Origin: Chitinophagales bacterium
GTDB taxonomy: Bacteria > Bacteroidota > Bacteroidia > Chitinophagales > JADIYW01
NCBI GenBank assembly: GCA_046329785.1
Contig: JAXLTZ010000008.1
Span: 62,493-126,492, forward strand
Reading direction: 5' to 3'
Length of the DNA stretch: 64,000 nucleotides
Below are positions 1-11,600 of this stretch, piece after piece (within the stretch, counting starts at the first letter, position 1; every line of letters begins with the position of its first letter). The notes under the pieces are model-generated. The model did not search any database. It was not told the DNA's origin and saw nothing but the letters and a program-made list of their open reading frames with translations. A program made the position numbers and the translations under genes.

Positions 1-727
1 TGATACCCGATTGTTTTACTTTCAATAAAAGAAATACATCCGAGCTGTTGAATAATGTGAAAACAAGTAATCCGACTACCACTTTTTTGTAGGTTACGGG
101 ACTTTGCTTCCAGTAACCGAAGAATGAGAAGAACGTTGTTGATGTTTTTTGTTTGGGTATTTTGGTATTTTTATCTTTTAAAAATAAAGAAGCAAGAACA
201 GCAAGAATCCCCGGAATAAATGCGATTAAAAAAAGTGTTTTGTAGTCTTGCGGATAATAATATAAATAAACCAGTGCTATAGAAGGCCCAAGAACAGCTC
301 CGAATGTATCCATAGAACGATGAAATCCAAACACTTTACCTTTTGTAGCCGGTGTCGCTTCATCTGATAGAATTGCATCTCTTGCACCGGTCCTGATGCC
401 TTTTCCCAAACGGTCAATTGTTCTCGCAAAAAATATCCAGATCGGATAAATAAAAATGACCATCATTGGTTTAGATATTGCACTGAATGCATACCCGATT
501 TGTACAAATGGGACTCTTTTACCGGATGTATCTGAAAGTTTTCCAAAATATCCCTTGCTAAGTCCGGCCATTGCTTCCGCGAGGCCTTCAAGTATTCCAA
601 TTAAAACAATGGAAAAACCAATTGTTTTCAAATAAATAGGCATCACAGGATATAGCATTTCACTGGCAGTGTCGGTCAGTAAACTAACGATTGATAAAAT
701 CCATACAGATTTGGTAATATACTTCAA
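1..727 (-). CDS. MFS transporter, N-terminal part (C-terminus runs off the window start)
   Basis: Not in the ORF track because it runs off the window and has a TTG start. Own minus-strand translation from TTG 727-725, with an in-frame TGA upstream at 751-749: LKYITKSVWILSIVSLLTDTASEMLYPVMPIYLKTIGFSIVLIGILEGLAEAMAGLSKGYFGKLSDTSGKRVPF...ARTIDRLGKGIRTGARDAILSDEATP... It shows successive hydrophobic helices and an MFS motif-A-like loop D-R-L-G-K-G-I-R. Confidence 0.7.
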   Translation of the reverse strand, partial: MKYITKSVWILSIVSLLTDTASEMLYPVMPIYLKTIGFSIVLIGILEGLAEAMAGLSKGYFGKLSDTSGKRVPFVQIGYAFSAISKPMMVIFIYPIWIFFARTIDRLGKGIRTGARDAILSDEATPATKGKVFGFHRSMDTFGAVLGPSIALVYLYYYPQDYKTLFLIAFIPGILAVLASLFLKDKNTKIPKQKTSTTFFSFFGYWKQSPVTYKKVVVGLLVFTLFNSSDVFLLLKVKQSGI

Positions 728-924
728 TAGTGTGCTATTTAAGATAAATCAATATCAGAAAATAAAAGATATATAGTTTAAAATTAGAAAAAAGTAATTA
801 AGAAGTATGAATTGTATCTGGAAGATAGTTGTAATAACGGTTAAGATGGCATTTAAACCGCATTTTATTTTCATTAAATCCATCCGTTATCTGGTTCAGT
901 CTTCGTCTTACCATGCAATTTTCT

Positions 925-932
925 TACCTTTG
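925..932 (+). promoter_or_regulatory. Bacteroidota-type -7 promoter box (TACCTTTG, consensus TAnnTTTG) upstream of the ABC-F gene
   Basis: Exact match to TAnnTTTG, ending 20 nt before ATG 953. No clear -33 TTG was seen. Confidence 0.4.
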
Positions 933-949
933 CACTAAATTTCAAATAA

Positions 950-2584
<1,635 letters not shown>

Positions 2585-2634
2585 TCTTTGTCTGCCAATT
2601 TCTAATTTATCTGTTTTTTTGCTACTTTTAAAAC

Positions 2635-3930
2635 ATGAAGCAGCAACAGAATTACACCTTTGTCAACTGGGCAAAAAACGTAAAAAGCGTCGCTGCTAAT
2701 TTCTTTCAACCGGAATCAGAAGATGAAATCATCTCTCTGGTGCAACAATATCAAAAGATTCGGATAGTAGGCACGGGCCATTCCTGGTCGGATATATGTG
2801 CCACCAATGAGGCAATTATTAATCTCGATTATTACAATAAAATTATTTCAATAGATAAAGAAAGAAAGATTGTAAAAGTGCAATCAGGTATTAAATTATG
2901 GCATTTGAATAATTTATTGGATGAGGCAGGATTGGCATTAATTAATTTGGGTTCTATTGACAGGCAATCGCTTTCAGGTGCAATATCTACCGGAACGCAT
3001 GGCAGCGGAATTCAATTTCAGATTTTAGGTTCACAAATGCTTGAGTTCTCTTTAATAAAAGCTGATGGAACAAAAATAATTATCAATAAGGAAAATGATA
3101 CGGAATTATTTAATGCCTGCGTTGTGAATCTGGGGTGTCTGGGAATTATTTCTGAAATTACGTTGCAGGTAACGGATGCATTCAGGTTGCACGATTATAC
3201 GACTACTGTTCCTTTTGATGAGGTGATTGAGAATTTAGATACTTATTTAAAAGACAATGACCATTTTAAATTATGGTGGCTGCCACCCTCTAAAGATATT
3301 ATTGTATTCAGATACCGGCGTACATATGAAAAACCTAATGATTCAAAACTGCGCGTTTTTCTGAAAGATCATGTGCTTTCCGTACTTATTTATCGCACAC
3401 TCGTTTTTATTGCAAAAATATTTCCGTTTATCGCAAAATCTCTTAACAGATTACTGACATGGAATATGAAAGGTCCGTTAGACAGAATAGAAAAAAGCTA
3501 TAAAGTGTATGTGGTTCCTGAGCCGCCATTGCATCGCGAGACTGAATGGACATTTGATTTGGCAAGAGCAAAAGAAATTTTAAGTGCGTATAAGAAATTC
3601 ATTACAGAAAATAAATACAACCTTAATTTTATTCAGGAAATACGTTTTACCAAAGGTGATAATTTTTGGCTGAGCGCTTGTTATAAGAGAGATGCCTTAT
3701 GGTTAGGTTTGTATAATTATGAGCATGAGAAATGGGATAAGGTTTTACCGGAATATGAGGCGTTTGCTAAGCAGTTTAATGGAAGACCTCACTGGGGGAA
3801 AGAGTTTGGAAAAGACAGGAATTATTTATGGTCACAATACGAAAAGATGGGTGATTTTAAGAAGATGAAAGAAGGATTCGATCCAATGAAAAAATTTGAA
3901 AATAAATATATTGAAGATTTATTCGGGTAA
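2635..3930 (+). CDS. FAD-linked oxidase, D-arabinono-1,4-lactone / L-gulonolactone oxidase family
   Basis: 431 aa. N-terminal FAD-binding segment (IVGTGHSWSD) and a C-terminal ALO-type motif (NGRPHWGKEF). Confidence 0.8.
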   Translation: MKQQQNYTFVNWAKNVKSVAANFFQPESEDEIISLVQQYQKIRIVGTGHSWSDICATNEAIINLDYYNKIISIDKERKIVKVQSGIKLWHLNNLLDEAGLALINLGSIDRQSLSGAISTGTHGSGIQFQILGSQMLEFSLIKADGTKIIINKENDTELFNACVVNLGCLGIISEITLQVTDAFRLHDYTTTVPFDEVIENLDTYLKDNDHFKLWWLPPSKDIIVFRYRRTYEKPNDSKLRVFLKDHVLSVLIYRTLVFIAKIFPFIAKSLNRLLTWNMKGPLDRIEKSYKVYVVPEPPLHRETEWTFDLARAKEILSAYKKFITENKYNLNFIQEIRFTKGDNFWLSACYKRDALWLGLYNYEHEKWDKVLPEYEAFAKQFNGRPHWGKEFGKDRNYLWSQYEKMGDFKKMKEGFDPMKKFENKYIEDLFG

Positions 3931-3984
3931 TTTAATTGTATCTTTAGATAAATAAGAACAATTCATTTAAAAATTTTAAAGTCA

Positions 3985-4956
3985 ATGATACAACCAAAAC
4001 AAGACACACTTTTAAAGAATAATACGAATATTCCGTTCGGTGTATATGATGATTTAATAGAAAATGTGGATACATCATTTTGGGATAAACAAGGACTTGT
4101 GGCAAAGAAGCGAAGAACAGAACGTAAAACATGGATTTTTTTTGGTGTATTTAGCCCTGAATTAATTTGCGGCTTTGCAATTGCGGATGCAGGAATGGTG
4201 GCTACTGCATTTTCCTATTTTTATTCTTTAAAAGATGGCATCTTTGAAGAAGATAAAACAACAGTTCCATTAGGTTTTGCAAGTGATTTCAATCCGAATT
4301 TAAACAGTGAATGGAAGCTTGGAAATTATTCAATAAAAACTGAGAATGGCAAAATGCAGATGCAGTATATCGGAAAATATAAGATGTACATTGAAGCGGA
4401 AAATACAAATAACGGTGCCAGTATTGTAGCACCCTCAAAAGATAAACGACCTTTTAATTTTACCTATAAAAATCAATGCGTACCTGTTAAAGTACAAATT
4501 AATAATGGTGGTGTCAGCACTTATGCAACCAGTGGTAAATACGGGTCAATAGATTTCACCAAAGGATACCCGCCAAGAGAAACCATCTGGAATTGGTTTT
4601 CGTTTATCGGAATTACAGAAAGTGAAAAGACAGTAGCAGCAAATATAGTAGACAGATTCAATGAAAATATGGAAAATATTCTTTGGATAGACGGTCAGAA
4701 AATATTGTTGTCCAATGCAAAATTCACTTTACAGCAACCATACGACAAAACAGACTGGCTGATAGAAACAACAGACGGGAAAATAAACTGTCATTTATCT
4801 CCCCGAGGTGCACGAGGCGAAAATATAAATGCATTGGTGATGAAAAGTCAGTTTATTCAACCATTTGGTACTGTTGATGGAACAGTTTTGATAAACGGTA
4901 AGGAAGAAAAATTTACGGCATTTGGTGTGGTAGAAGATCACCATGCAATTTGGTAA
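3985..4956 (+). CDS. conserved hypothetical protein (possibly DUF2804-like)
   Basis: 323-aa ORF with no signal peptide. The family guess comes only from size and general sequence character (KKRRTERKTWIFFGVFSPE..., WNWFSF); it was not verified. Confidence 0.6.
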   Translation: MIQPKQDTLLKNNTNIPFGVYDDLIENVDTSFWDKQGLVAKKRRTERKTWIFFGVFSPELICGFAIADAGMVATAFSYFYSLKDGIFEEDKTTVPLGFASDFNPNLNSEWKLGNYSIKTENGKMQMQYIGKYKMYIEAENTNNGASIVAPSKDKRPFNFTYKNQCVPVKVQINNGGVSTYATSGKYGSIDFTKGYPPRETIWNWFSFIGITESEKTVAANIVDRFNENMENILWIDGQKILLSNAKFTLQQPYDKTDWLIETTDGKINCHLSPRGARGENINALVMKSQFIQPFGTVDGTVLINGKEEKFTAFGVVEDHHAIW

Positions 4957-5727
4957 TTATTTTATCTCCACTTCGGCCTTGTTGATGAATACATCATCAT
5001 CATTGTGAATTTCAACTACAAACCTGCCTTTTTGATATATATATAAAGGGATATGTGTCCAATACCATTTTTCATCAATATAGTAAGTATATGATCCGAT
5101 ATGTTCATGACATTTATCGGCTGTGTATATAGAAACAAATAAATGATTACTTTTAAATGCTTGTTTACTTGTCTGACCAATGTACATAATTAACTTGGTT
5201 CCGTTTGGATTATATGTAAATGTATCTTTCTTGTTGTACAAAGAGTCATTTAATACATTTTCATAGAAGTAAATTTCTGATTGATTATAATACCATGTGT
5301 CGGTAAAATATGTATCTGTATATGAGCTTTCTGATAGATAAATATCAGTGAGAAGTGGAGGCGTTAACATTTGTTTGTTTCTATCATAGGCCCAAATCTT
5401 ATAGTTACCTGATTTGGTAAATGTGTATTTGTTTACAGCCCATCTTTTCGAATCATCTGGTACAAGGTAATAGTTGTCATATTCATAATAATTGGTATCT
5501 TTTCTATTGTATTTTTTTTTAATATTTATGAATACTGTATCATTCACAGGTAATGAAGATTCATAGAATATATAAATGTAATTTCCACCTTTTTGTATAC
5601 TCCAATTATTATAAACGCCACTATAGATGCCATCATTAGTATAATTGGAACAAAGTAATAATTTATTTTGAGCCTGACCTGAAAGGAAAAAAAATAAAAG
5701 CGTCAGGTAAAATGTAAATCGCATCAT
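4957..5727 (-). CDS. secreted hypothetical protein (paralogue of 5778-6578)
   Basis: 256 aa with signal peptide MMRFTFYLTLLFFFLSGQAQ. It shares with its neighbour the layout ..LC..YN..GI..G.N..W......YIYI.Y... and the C-terminal ..V.....D.FIN....EIK. Confidence 0.75.
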   Translation of the reverse strand: MMRFTFYLTLLFFFLSGQAQNKLLLCSNYTNDGIYSGVYNNWSIQKGGNYIYIFYESSLPVNDTVFINIKKKYNRKDTNYYEYDNYYLVPDDSKRWAVNKYTFTKSGNYKIWAYDRNKQMLTPPLLTDIYLSESSYTDTYFTDTWYYNQSEIYFYENVLNDSLYNKKDTFTYNPNGTKLIMYIGQTSKQAFKSNHLFVSIYTADKCHEHIGSYTYYIDEKWYWTHIPLYIYQKGRFVVEIHNDDDVFINKAEVEIK

Positions 5728-5777
5728 TATTAGAATTTAAACAAATATAGCTGCGATTTTATAATAATGAAGTATAA

Positions 5778-6578
5778 TTATCTTTTTATCTCAAAATAAC
5801 CTGAATTTATAAAGGTGTCTTTCTCATTATACACATCCACAACATATTTTCCAGGTTTTGTAACTGAAATCGGTACTTTTATCCAATCCCAGTCTAATCC
5901 ACCCACGGTATATGTTTCTTCTGATACTAAATCTTTATAGCTGTCACCGGAATAAATACTCACCTTAATTTCTTTTACCTTCAGAGCTTTGTCCTGAGAT
6001 ATCATGCAGACGAAATCACGTTTGCCATTTATTAATCTGAACTCTGTTGCTTCTCCTTTCAACTCTCCGTTTTCCGCACTTTCACCAAATGTAACTTTAG
6101 AATCTTCATAATAATACGTATCAGAAGCATCATCATCACTGCTGTTATCTTTATCATTGCCACTATCTTTCATATAACCGATATTGGTATATACTATGGC
6201 TAATGCATCATCTGCTTTTCCCATTACGGAAATCCTGTAATCTCCTGATTCCGTAAATTTATAATCGTACATCGCCCACTTCTTCTTATCGGTAGTTGGA
6301 TTGTAATCAAAATCCTGTGTGTCAAAAGCAATATAACTTCCCTTTTCATTCTTTTTGTCTACATACAAGGAGAGTTTTTCTTTGATAATATTATCCTGAG
6401 AGTAAATTATGTAAACATAACTTCCTTTTTCTTTTTCTACGTCCCAATTTTTGTTAATGCCGGTTGGTATTCCGGTAGTTTTATTGTAATCTTCGCATAG
6501 AACTACTTTCCCGTTTTGGGCAAAAGTACTCATGGATAAAGAAAAGAATGCAAGCAATAGATAGATAAGGTGTTTCAT
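5778..6578 (-). CDS. secreted hypothetical protein (paralogue of 4957-5727)
   Basis: 266 aa with signal peptide MKHLIYLLLAFFSLSMSTFAQ. Same motif skeleton as the neighbouring gene, plus an acidic insert (DKDNSSDDDASD). Confidence 0.75.
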   Translation of the reverse strand: MKHLIYLLLAFFSLSMSTFAQNGKVVLCEDYNKTTGIPTGINKNWDVEKEKGSYVYIIYSQDNIIKEKLSLYVDKKNEKGSYIAFDTQDFDYNPTTDKKKWAMYDYKFTESGDYRISVMGKADDALAIVYTNIGYMKDSGNDKDNSSDDDASDTYYYEDSKVTFGESAENGELKGEATEFRLINGKRDFVCMISQDKALKVKEIKVSIYSGDSYKDLVSEETYTVGGLDWDWIKVPISVTKPGKYVVDVYNEKDTFINSGYFEIKR

Positions 6579-6768
6579 AATTTTTATTTTTTACTTTATA
6601 ACAAATTTAATACCAAAAATCAAATTCACTATACCCAATACGCGGTATTATTGTTCAATATACATGATAAATGTATCTTTGTCCAGTTAAATGGCAATCT
6701 TTTTTATAAAAAATCAGAAGATAAATAAGCAACCTTTTTATTATACTTTTTAAAACATATAACCATTC

Positions 6769-7749
6769 ATGAATTACATTAAACTTGTACGACCGGTTAA
6801 CCTGTTAATTATTCTATTTACCATGTATTTGTTCCGGTATTGTTTGGTGGATGCTTCACCATATCATTTGTTTTATATTGAACATGTGCTGACAAACACA
6901 CAGTTTTTTTTATTAGTACTCGCAACGTTGTTTATCGCAGCAGGTGGTTATGTCATTAACGATATCTTTGATGTGGATATTGATATGGTGAATCGCCCGC
7001 AGCAAACAATCATAGGTAACAGTATCAGTGAAGATACAGCCTATAACTTTTATAAAATACTCTGTGGTGCCGGGATTGTATGCACGTTAGTTTTGGTTTT
7101 TATGACAAGGAATTACCGCTTATCTGTATTTCCGGTGATTATAATGGTGATACTCAATTTTTATGCCCATACCTTCAAAAAGCAATTAATAGCAGGGAAT
7201 TTTATAATATCCTTATGCTCCGGATTTACCATACTTTTAATTGCTCTTTTTGAAAGCGGAGGAAATGAAGAAGTTACCGCCAATGAATCGTATGTGCGCA
7301 GTGGTATTGCAATTGCAGCAATTGTGTATGGTGGTTTTGCATTTCTTACTACATTTTTGCGTGAAATTATTAAAGATGTGGAAGATATGAAAGGAGATGA
7401 GCAGTATGGTTGTAAAACGATTCCTATCGTTTTTGGAATAAGAGGTGCAAAGACAACATCCATTGTTATTGCTGTTCTGCTACTGCTACTTTTGGTTTCT
7501 TTCATGTGGTTTTTCCCGAGTTTAAAAATTAAAAATGTCAGTTATTTTATTGGTTTTGGGTTGATTTTACCTCTTTTGGGTATAATTTTCTTCATTTTTA
7601 GAGCAAAAAGTACTTCTCACTTTCATTTTGTTAGCAATTTAATAAAGGTTTTCATGTGCCTAGGTATAGGCTCGATGTTGTACTTTAGAACAGGAATTGG
7701 TCCATACATTTTTGTACAGTATGCCAATTTTCTTCATAAGTTGTTTTAA
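6769..7749 (+). CDS. UbiA-family aromatic/isoprenoid prenyltransferase (polytopic membrane protein)
   Basis: 326 aa with about 8-9 hydrophobic helices. First Asp-rich motif NDIFDVDIDMVNRP and a second one (KDVEDMKGDEQYG). Confidence 0.85.
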   Translation: MNYIKLVRPVNLLIILFTMYLFRYCLVDASPYHLFYIEHVLTNTQFFLLVLATLFIAAGGYVINDIFDVDIDMVNRPQQTIIGNSISEDTAYNFYKILCGAGIVCTLVLVFMTRNYRLSVFPVIIMVILNFYAHTFKKQLIAGNFIISLCSGFTILLIALFESGGNEEVTANESYVRSGIAIAAIVYGGFAFLTTFLREIIKDVEDMKGDEQYGCKTIPIVFGIRGAKTTSIVIAVLLLLLLVSFMWFFPSLKIKNVSYFIGFGLILPLLGIIFFIFRAKSTSHFHFVSNLIKVFMCLGIGSMLYFRTGIGPYIFVQYANFLHKLF

Positions 7750-7752
7750 AGT

Positions 7753-8319
7753 ATGCAAAAACCAACTAAAATTATTTTGGGTTCGCAGTCTCCGCGAAGA
7801 TTGGAAATTTTATCTGATGCCGGTTATGAGATTGAAATTGTGAAGCCAAAAATTGAAGAACGCTTTCCTTTTGACATGGATTACTACAAGGTTCCGGAAT
7901 ATATTTCCAAGCTGAAAATCTTTGATGTATATTCATATTTAGGAGAAGACAATGATTTTATCATTTGTGCAGACACCGTTGTTATTTTTGAGAAAAAATT
8001 AGTAGGGAAACCCAAAAATGCAGAACAGGCATTTAAGTTTTTAAAAGCTATGAATGGGAAAAAACATGACGTGGTAACCGGTGTAAGTATTCGTAAAAAC
8101 AAAAAACAAATATCCTTTTCTGAACAGTCTCAGGTGTTTTTTAAAGAATTAACGGATGATGAAATACGGCATTATGTAGATAAATTTCAGCCACTGGATA
8201 AAGCCGGTGCTTACAATGTACAGGAATATATCGGTGTGGAAAAAGTAAACGGTGAATTTTATAATGTTATGGGCTTGCCTTTGAAACGTGTACAACAGGA
8301 AATTAAAGGCTGGAAGTAA
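7753..8319 (+). CDS. maf: Maf-like nucleoside triphosphate pyrophosphatase
   Basis: 188 aa. ILGSQSPRRLEIL at the N-terminus, then ICADTVV, DKAGAYNVQE and NVMGLPL. The start lies 3 nt after the UbiA stop. Confidence 0.9.
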   Translation: MQKPTKIILGSQSPRRLEILSDAGYEIEIVKPKIEERFPFDMDYYKVPEYISKLKIFDVYSYLGEDNDFIICADTVVIFEKKLVGKPKNAEQAFKFLKAMNGKKHDVVTGVSIRKNKKQISFSEQSQVFFKELTDDEIRHYVDKFQPLDKAGAYNVQEYIGVEKVNGEFYNVMGLPLKRVQQEIKGWK

Positions 8320-8324
8320 TTTTC

Positions 8325-9329
8325 TTACAAAGAAACCATCAGATTACAGCCTCTGATATCTGCATTATCCAGTCGTCCCAACACTTCAAATTCAGTATCA
8401 GAAACAAGGTTGACTACATCTTGTGTAGAAATAAATGCACATGAATATATATTGGCTAAATCAATTACATTCAAACCACCACGACCATTGTCAGAATATG
8501 TCTGTAATGGATTATAAATGTCACGTCTCAAAACTTTCATCCATGGTGGTGTTGTAAAAATGCCATTGCCTTTTGAGTAGGCTTGCGATAATAATTCCGT
8601 CATTCCATATTCTGAATGAATGGTTATTACATTAAATGCATTTTTCAAAATGGTATGTACTTCTTCTCTTGTTAACTCTACCCGTCTTCCTTTCATCCCA
8701 CCTGTTTCCATGATGATTATATCTGACAAATCCATCGGAAACTGTTCCGCAAAATCAAGTAAAGCGAAAGTAACGCCGATGAGTAAGATTTTTTTTGAAT
8801 TTAAGATTTCAGATTTCAGATGTATGATTTTATCTGCTAACTCACTTAAGTTATTTAAATAAAAACCTGAATGTGGATTTTTCGATTTTTGTATCAAATC
8901 ACTCACCATATAAACCAAAGATGAAGTATCCCTTTCTAAGTAGGATGGAAGCAGGGCAAGAATTGTCCAGTCTTCTATGTTACCGTAAAACTGTTGAAAT
9001 CCTTTTTCAAAACTTTTTTCGTATAATTTCAAATCTGCCACAAAATGCCTAGAGGTGATTTGACCTGTAGTTCCGCTGCTTTCAAATATTTTTTGTGGGG
9101 CTGCGTTATTTGAAATAACATCATGTGTTTTGAAGAATTCTATTGGTAAAAACGGAATTTGCTGAACAGTTTGTATCGTTGCGACGTTTATTTTCAGATA
9201 ATCGACGAATTGCCGGTAAACTAAATTGTGCGTATATTGGAAATTAAACAACTCAAGTGCAACCTCATCAAAGTTGAAATTGTCTTCAGAAAAGATTTTT
9301 TCTTGTATTTTTGTAACAAATGGTTCCAC
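8325..9329 (-). CDS. LuxE/PaaK-family acyl-adenylate-forming enzyme (acyl-protein synthetase-like)
   Basis: 334 aa. Adenylation motif ESSGTTGQITSRHF, then ETGGMKGRR and YGMTE. Size and layout match the Bacteroidota LuxE-like family. Confidence 0.7.
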   Translation of the reverse strand: MEPFVTKIQEKIFSEDNFNFDEVALELFNFQYTHNLVYRQFVDYLKINVATIQTVQQIPFLPIEFFKTHDVISNNAAPQKIFESSGTTGQITSRHFVADLKLYEKSFEKGFQQFYGNIEDWTILALLPSYLERDTSSLVYMVSDLIQKSKNPHSGFYLNNLSELADKIIHLKSEILNSKKILLIGVTFALLDFAEQFPMDLSDIIIMETGGMKGRRVELTREEVHTILKNAFNVITIHSEYGMTELLSQAYSKGNGIFTTPPWMKVLRRDIYNPLQTYSDNGRGGLNVIDLANIYSCAFISTQDVVNLVSDTEFEVLGRLDNADIRGCNLMVSL

Positions 9330-9352
9330 CGGACAAAGGTAAAATAAAAGGA

Positions 9353-9844
9353 ATGAAGTTTAAAATTCTCATATTATCTCTTATTGTACTCACAACAATA
9401 GTATCCTGCTACAAACCACCTGAGTATCCCGATGAACCCAGTGTGGCATTTGACAGGTTTGATAAACCAAATGAAATATTTACAATTGATGCAGGCGAAA
9501 CCGGCAACCTTGTTTTGACATTTACGGATGGTGATGGTGATTTAGGAAAGTTAAATAACCAGGATTCCAATTCCTTTGTTGTGTACAGAAATTTAAGGGA
9601 TACAACTTTCTTTGTAGAAAATAAATACGTGATACCTGTTATTCCTAAGAAAGGTACGACGAGTGCAATAAGCGGCACCATAGAAATAAAACTAAATGAT
9701 GCATTGTTCAATAGCTATCAGGCATACTTTTTATTGAAAGGAATTACAATTGATACCTTTACTTATCAGTTGTATATCACCGACAGAGCTAACCACAAGA
9801 GTAACGTCATCACTACACCTCCAATTGTAGTTAAGTATCCGTAA
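9353..9844 (+). CDS. hypothetical lipoprotein
   Basis: The track ORF starts at 9320. The internal ATG at 9353 gives MKFKILILSLIVLTTIVSC, a lipoprotein signal with a Cys lipobox. Confidence 0.7.
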   Translation: MKFKILILSLIVLTTIVSCYKPPEYPDEPSVAFDRFDKPNEIFTIDAGETGNLVLTFTDGDGDLGKLNNQDSNSFVVYRNLRDTTFFVENKYVIPVIPKKGTTSAISGTIEIKLNDALFNSYQAYFLLKGITIDTFTYQLYITDRANHKSNVITTPPIVVKYP

Positions 9845-9952
9845 CCTATTGATAATCAACAATAGAATACAAATCATAAACTTCGCTTAATGCTTAATTA
9901 ATCTCATTTGGGTAACGCTAGTACGTTATTTGCTCTATTTTTGTCGTCCCGA

Positions 9953-11239
9953 ATGAAATCCGCAGATGTAATAATAGTAGGTGCAGGCTTTACAGGCCTG
10001 TCGGCTGCGTATTATTTGCAACGTAAAGGCTTGTCTGTAAAAGTGCTCGAAGTTTCTTCTCAAGTAGGAGGCAGGGCACGTTCTGATAAAATGGATGGTT
10101 TTACTTTAGACAGGGGCGTGCATTTCTATCATCATTCTACAACAGAACTTTCTAAAATTATAAATATAAACGAACTCGAGTTAAAGAATACTTATCCGGG
10201 TTATTTATTGCGCTATCAGGGTACTTTTAATTTATTTACCAATCCGTTGTATCAGACGATAGATACCGTCTCAACGGCACTGGCAAAAAATGCAACACTA
10301 ACAGATAAATTTCGCCTGTTCGGATTGTATGTAAAACTAAAAACGACATCATACAATAAACTGGTTAAAGAAACTGAATCTTCCACATTTGAATACTTAT
10401 CAAAAAACGGATTTAGTAAAAAACTTATTGATTCTTTTTTCAGACCGATGATTGCAGCCAATATCTTTGATTATAATTTGCAATCGTCCTCACGTTTTTC
10501 AAAGGTATATCTTAAATCGTTATTTCAGGATCATGTTGCATTACCTAAAGAAGGCATTGGGAAAATAGCATCTGAAATAGCTGAGAAATTAGATGCTGAT
10601 ACTATTTCATTTAAAACCAAGGTAAAAAAAGTAACGGAAAATGGAGTGGAATTAGTGAATGGCGATTTTCTGGAATCGAAATTTGTAATCATTGCAACCA
10701 ATGCCATTGATGCCAATACAATCACCTGTAACAAAGGGATTGATGCGGAATGCTCTCATGTTTCGACATTGTATTTTTCAACGGATAAAGCACCCTTGAG
10801 TAAACCGGTGGTTATATTAAACGGCGATAACGGAACAACTTTAGTCAATCATGTATTTGTACCATCGTTGTTACACCCTGAATATGCACCTAAAGGTAAA
10901 CACTTGGTTGCAGTTAACGTGGTAAAAGAACATGATTTAGATGATGAGGAATTGATGGTAAAATGCCTGACAGAATTATCTGAATGGTTTGGGTTACGAG
11001 TGATGGACTGGCAACATCTCAAAACCTATCATATTAAATATGCCATGCCATTTAAGCCTATCTTAGATGAAGTAAAATTCACCCTGAAATTAAGTGATAC
11101 AGTTTATGCCTGCGGAGATAGTTTGTCTGTTGGCAGTATGGAATCAGCACTGCGTTCCGGAAGAGAAACGGCTGATATCGTTGCACAAGAATTTGTTAAA
11201 GGAAATTTCAGAAAACCGGATTTTGCAGAAAGTAATTAA
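9953..11239 (+). CDS. NAD(P)/FAD-dependent oxidoreductase (amine-oxidase / phytoene-desaturase-like fold)
   Basis: The track ORF starts at TTG 9908. ATG 9953 gives MKSADVIIVGAGFTGLSAAYYLQRKGLSVKVLEVSSQVGGRA, a dinucleotide-binding GxGxxG fold at the N-terminus. Confidence 0.85.
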   Translation: MKSADVIIVGAGFTGLSAAYYLQRKGLSVKVLEVSSQVGGRARSDKMDGFTLDRGVHFYHHSTTELSKIININELELKNTYPGYLLRYQGTFNLFTNPLYQTIDTVSTALAKNATLTDKFRLFGLYVKLKTTSYNKLVKETESSTFEYLSKNGFSKKLIDSFFRPMIAANIFDYNLQSSSRFSKVYLKSLFQDHVALPKEGIGKIASEIAEKLDADTISFKTKVKKVTENGVELVNGDFLESKFVIIATNAIDANTITCNKGIDAECSHVSTLYFSTDKAPLSKPVVILNGDNGTTLVNHVFVPSLLHPEYAPKGKHLVAVNVVKEHDLDDEELMVKCLTELSEWFGLRVMDWQHLKTYHIKYAMPFKPILDEVKFTLKLSDTVYACGDSLSVGSMESALRSGRETADIVAQEFVKGNFRKPDFAESN

Positions 11240-11269
11240 TCACTCTCACTCTCACTTTCATTTTCACTT
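11240..11269. repeat. imperfect hexanucleotide microsatellite (TCACTC TCACTC TCACTT TCATTT TCACTT)
   Basis: Read directly between the convergent stops at 11239 and 11271. Confidence 0.8.
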
Positions 11270-11270
11270 C

Positions 11271-11519
11271 TTATAAAATATTTCGCTGATAAGTTTCTCC
11301 ACGGCTTTTATTCATATCCGAAAATCGTTTGAGACATTCATTTAGAAAGGTTTCATCTACTATTTTTTCTATATCAGCCATTGTCCGAAGATTATCATCC
11401 TCATTAAATTTATAGGTCTGTTCCAGCATGTTTGCTTCCAGTTTCAACACATAACGGTTGTTCATTTGCATCACGGTTATTTTTATAACGGGATGTTCTA
11501 TTTGGCCCACTATTCTCAT
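11271..11519 (-). CDS. small hypothetical protein (82 aa)
   Basis: ATG-initiated ORF. A minus-strand TATTTTTG -7 box at 11557-11564 supports expression. No family recognised. Confidence 0.6.
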   Translation of the reverse strand: MRIVGQIEHPVIKITVMQMNNRYVLKLEANMLEQTYKFNEDDNLRTMADIEKIVDETFLNECLKRFSDMNKSRGETYQRNIL

Positions 11520-11556
11520 GTCATTCTAAATGAAGTGAAGAATCATTTGATAAACA

Positions 11557-11564
11557 CAAAAATA
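11557..11564 (-). promoter_or_regulatory. Bacteroidota-type -7 box (TATTTTTG on minus strand) for the 82-aa ORF
   Basis: Plus strand reads CAAAAATA, an exact TAnnTTTG match on the minus strand about 38 nt upstream of ATG 11519. Confidence 0.4.
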
Positions 11565-11600
11565 CTATAAATTTAATCACACGAAATAATACAAATGATA

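Noticed and set aside
9320-9952. Upstream-extended starts offered by the ORF track: 9320, TTG 9908, TTG 15388, 23375, 33859, 41772, 13011, 13620
   Set aside because: In each case an internal ATG yields a canonical signal peptide, lipobox or Rossmann N-terminus. For folB a -7 promoter box also lies inside the extension. The extensions often overlap the neighbouring gene.
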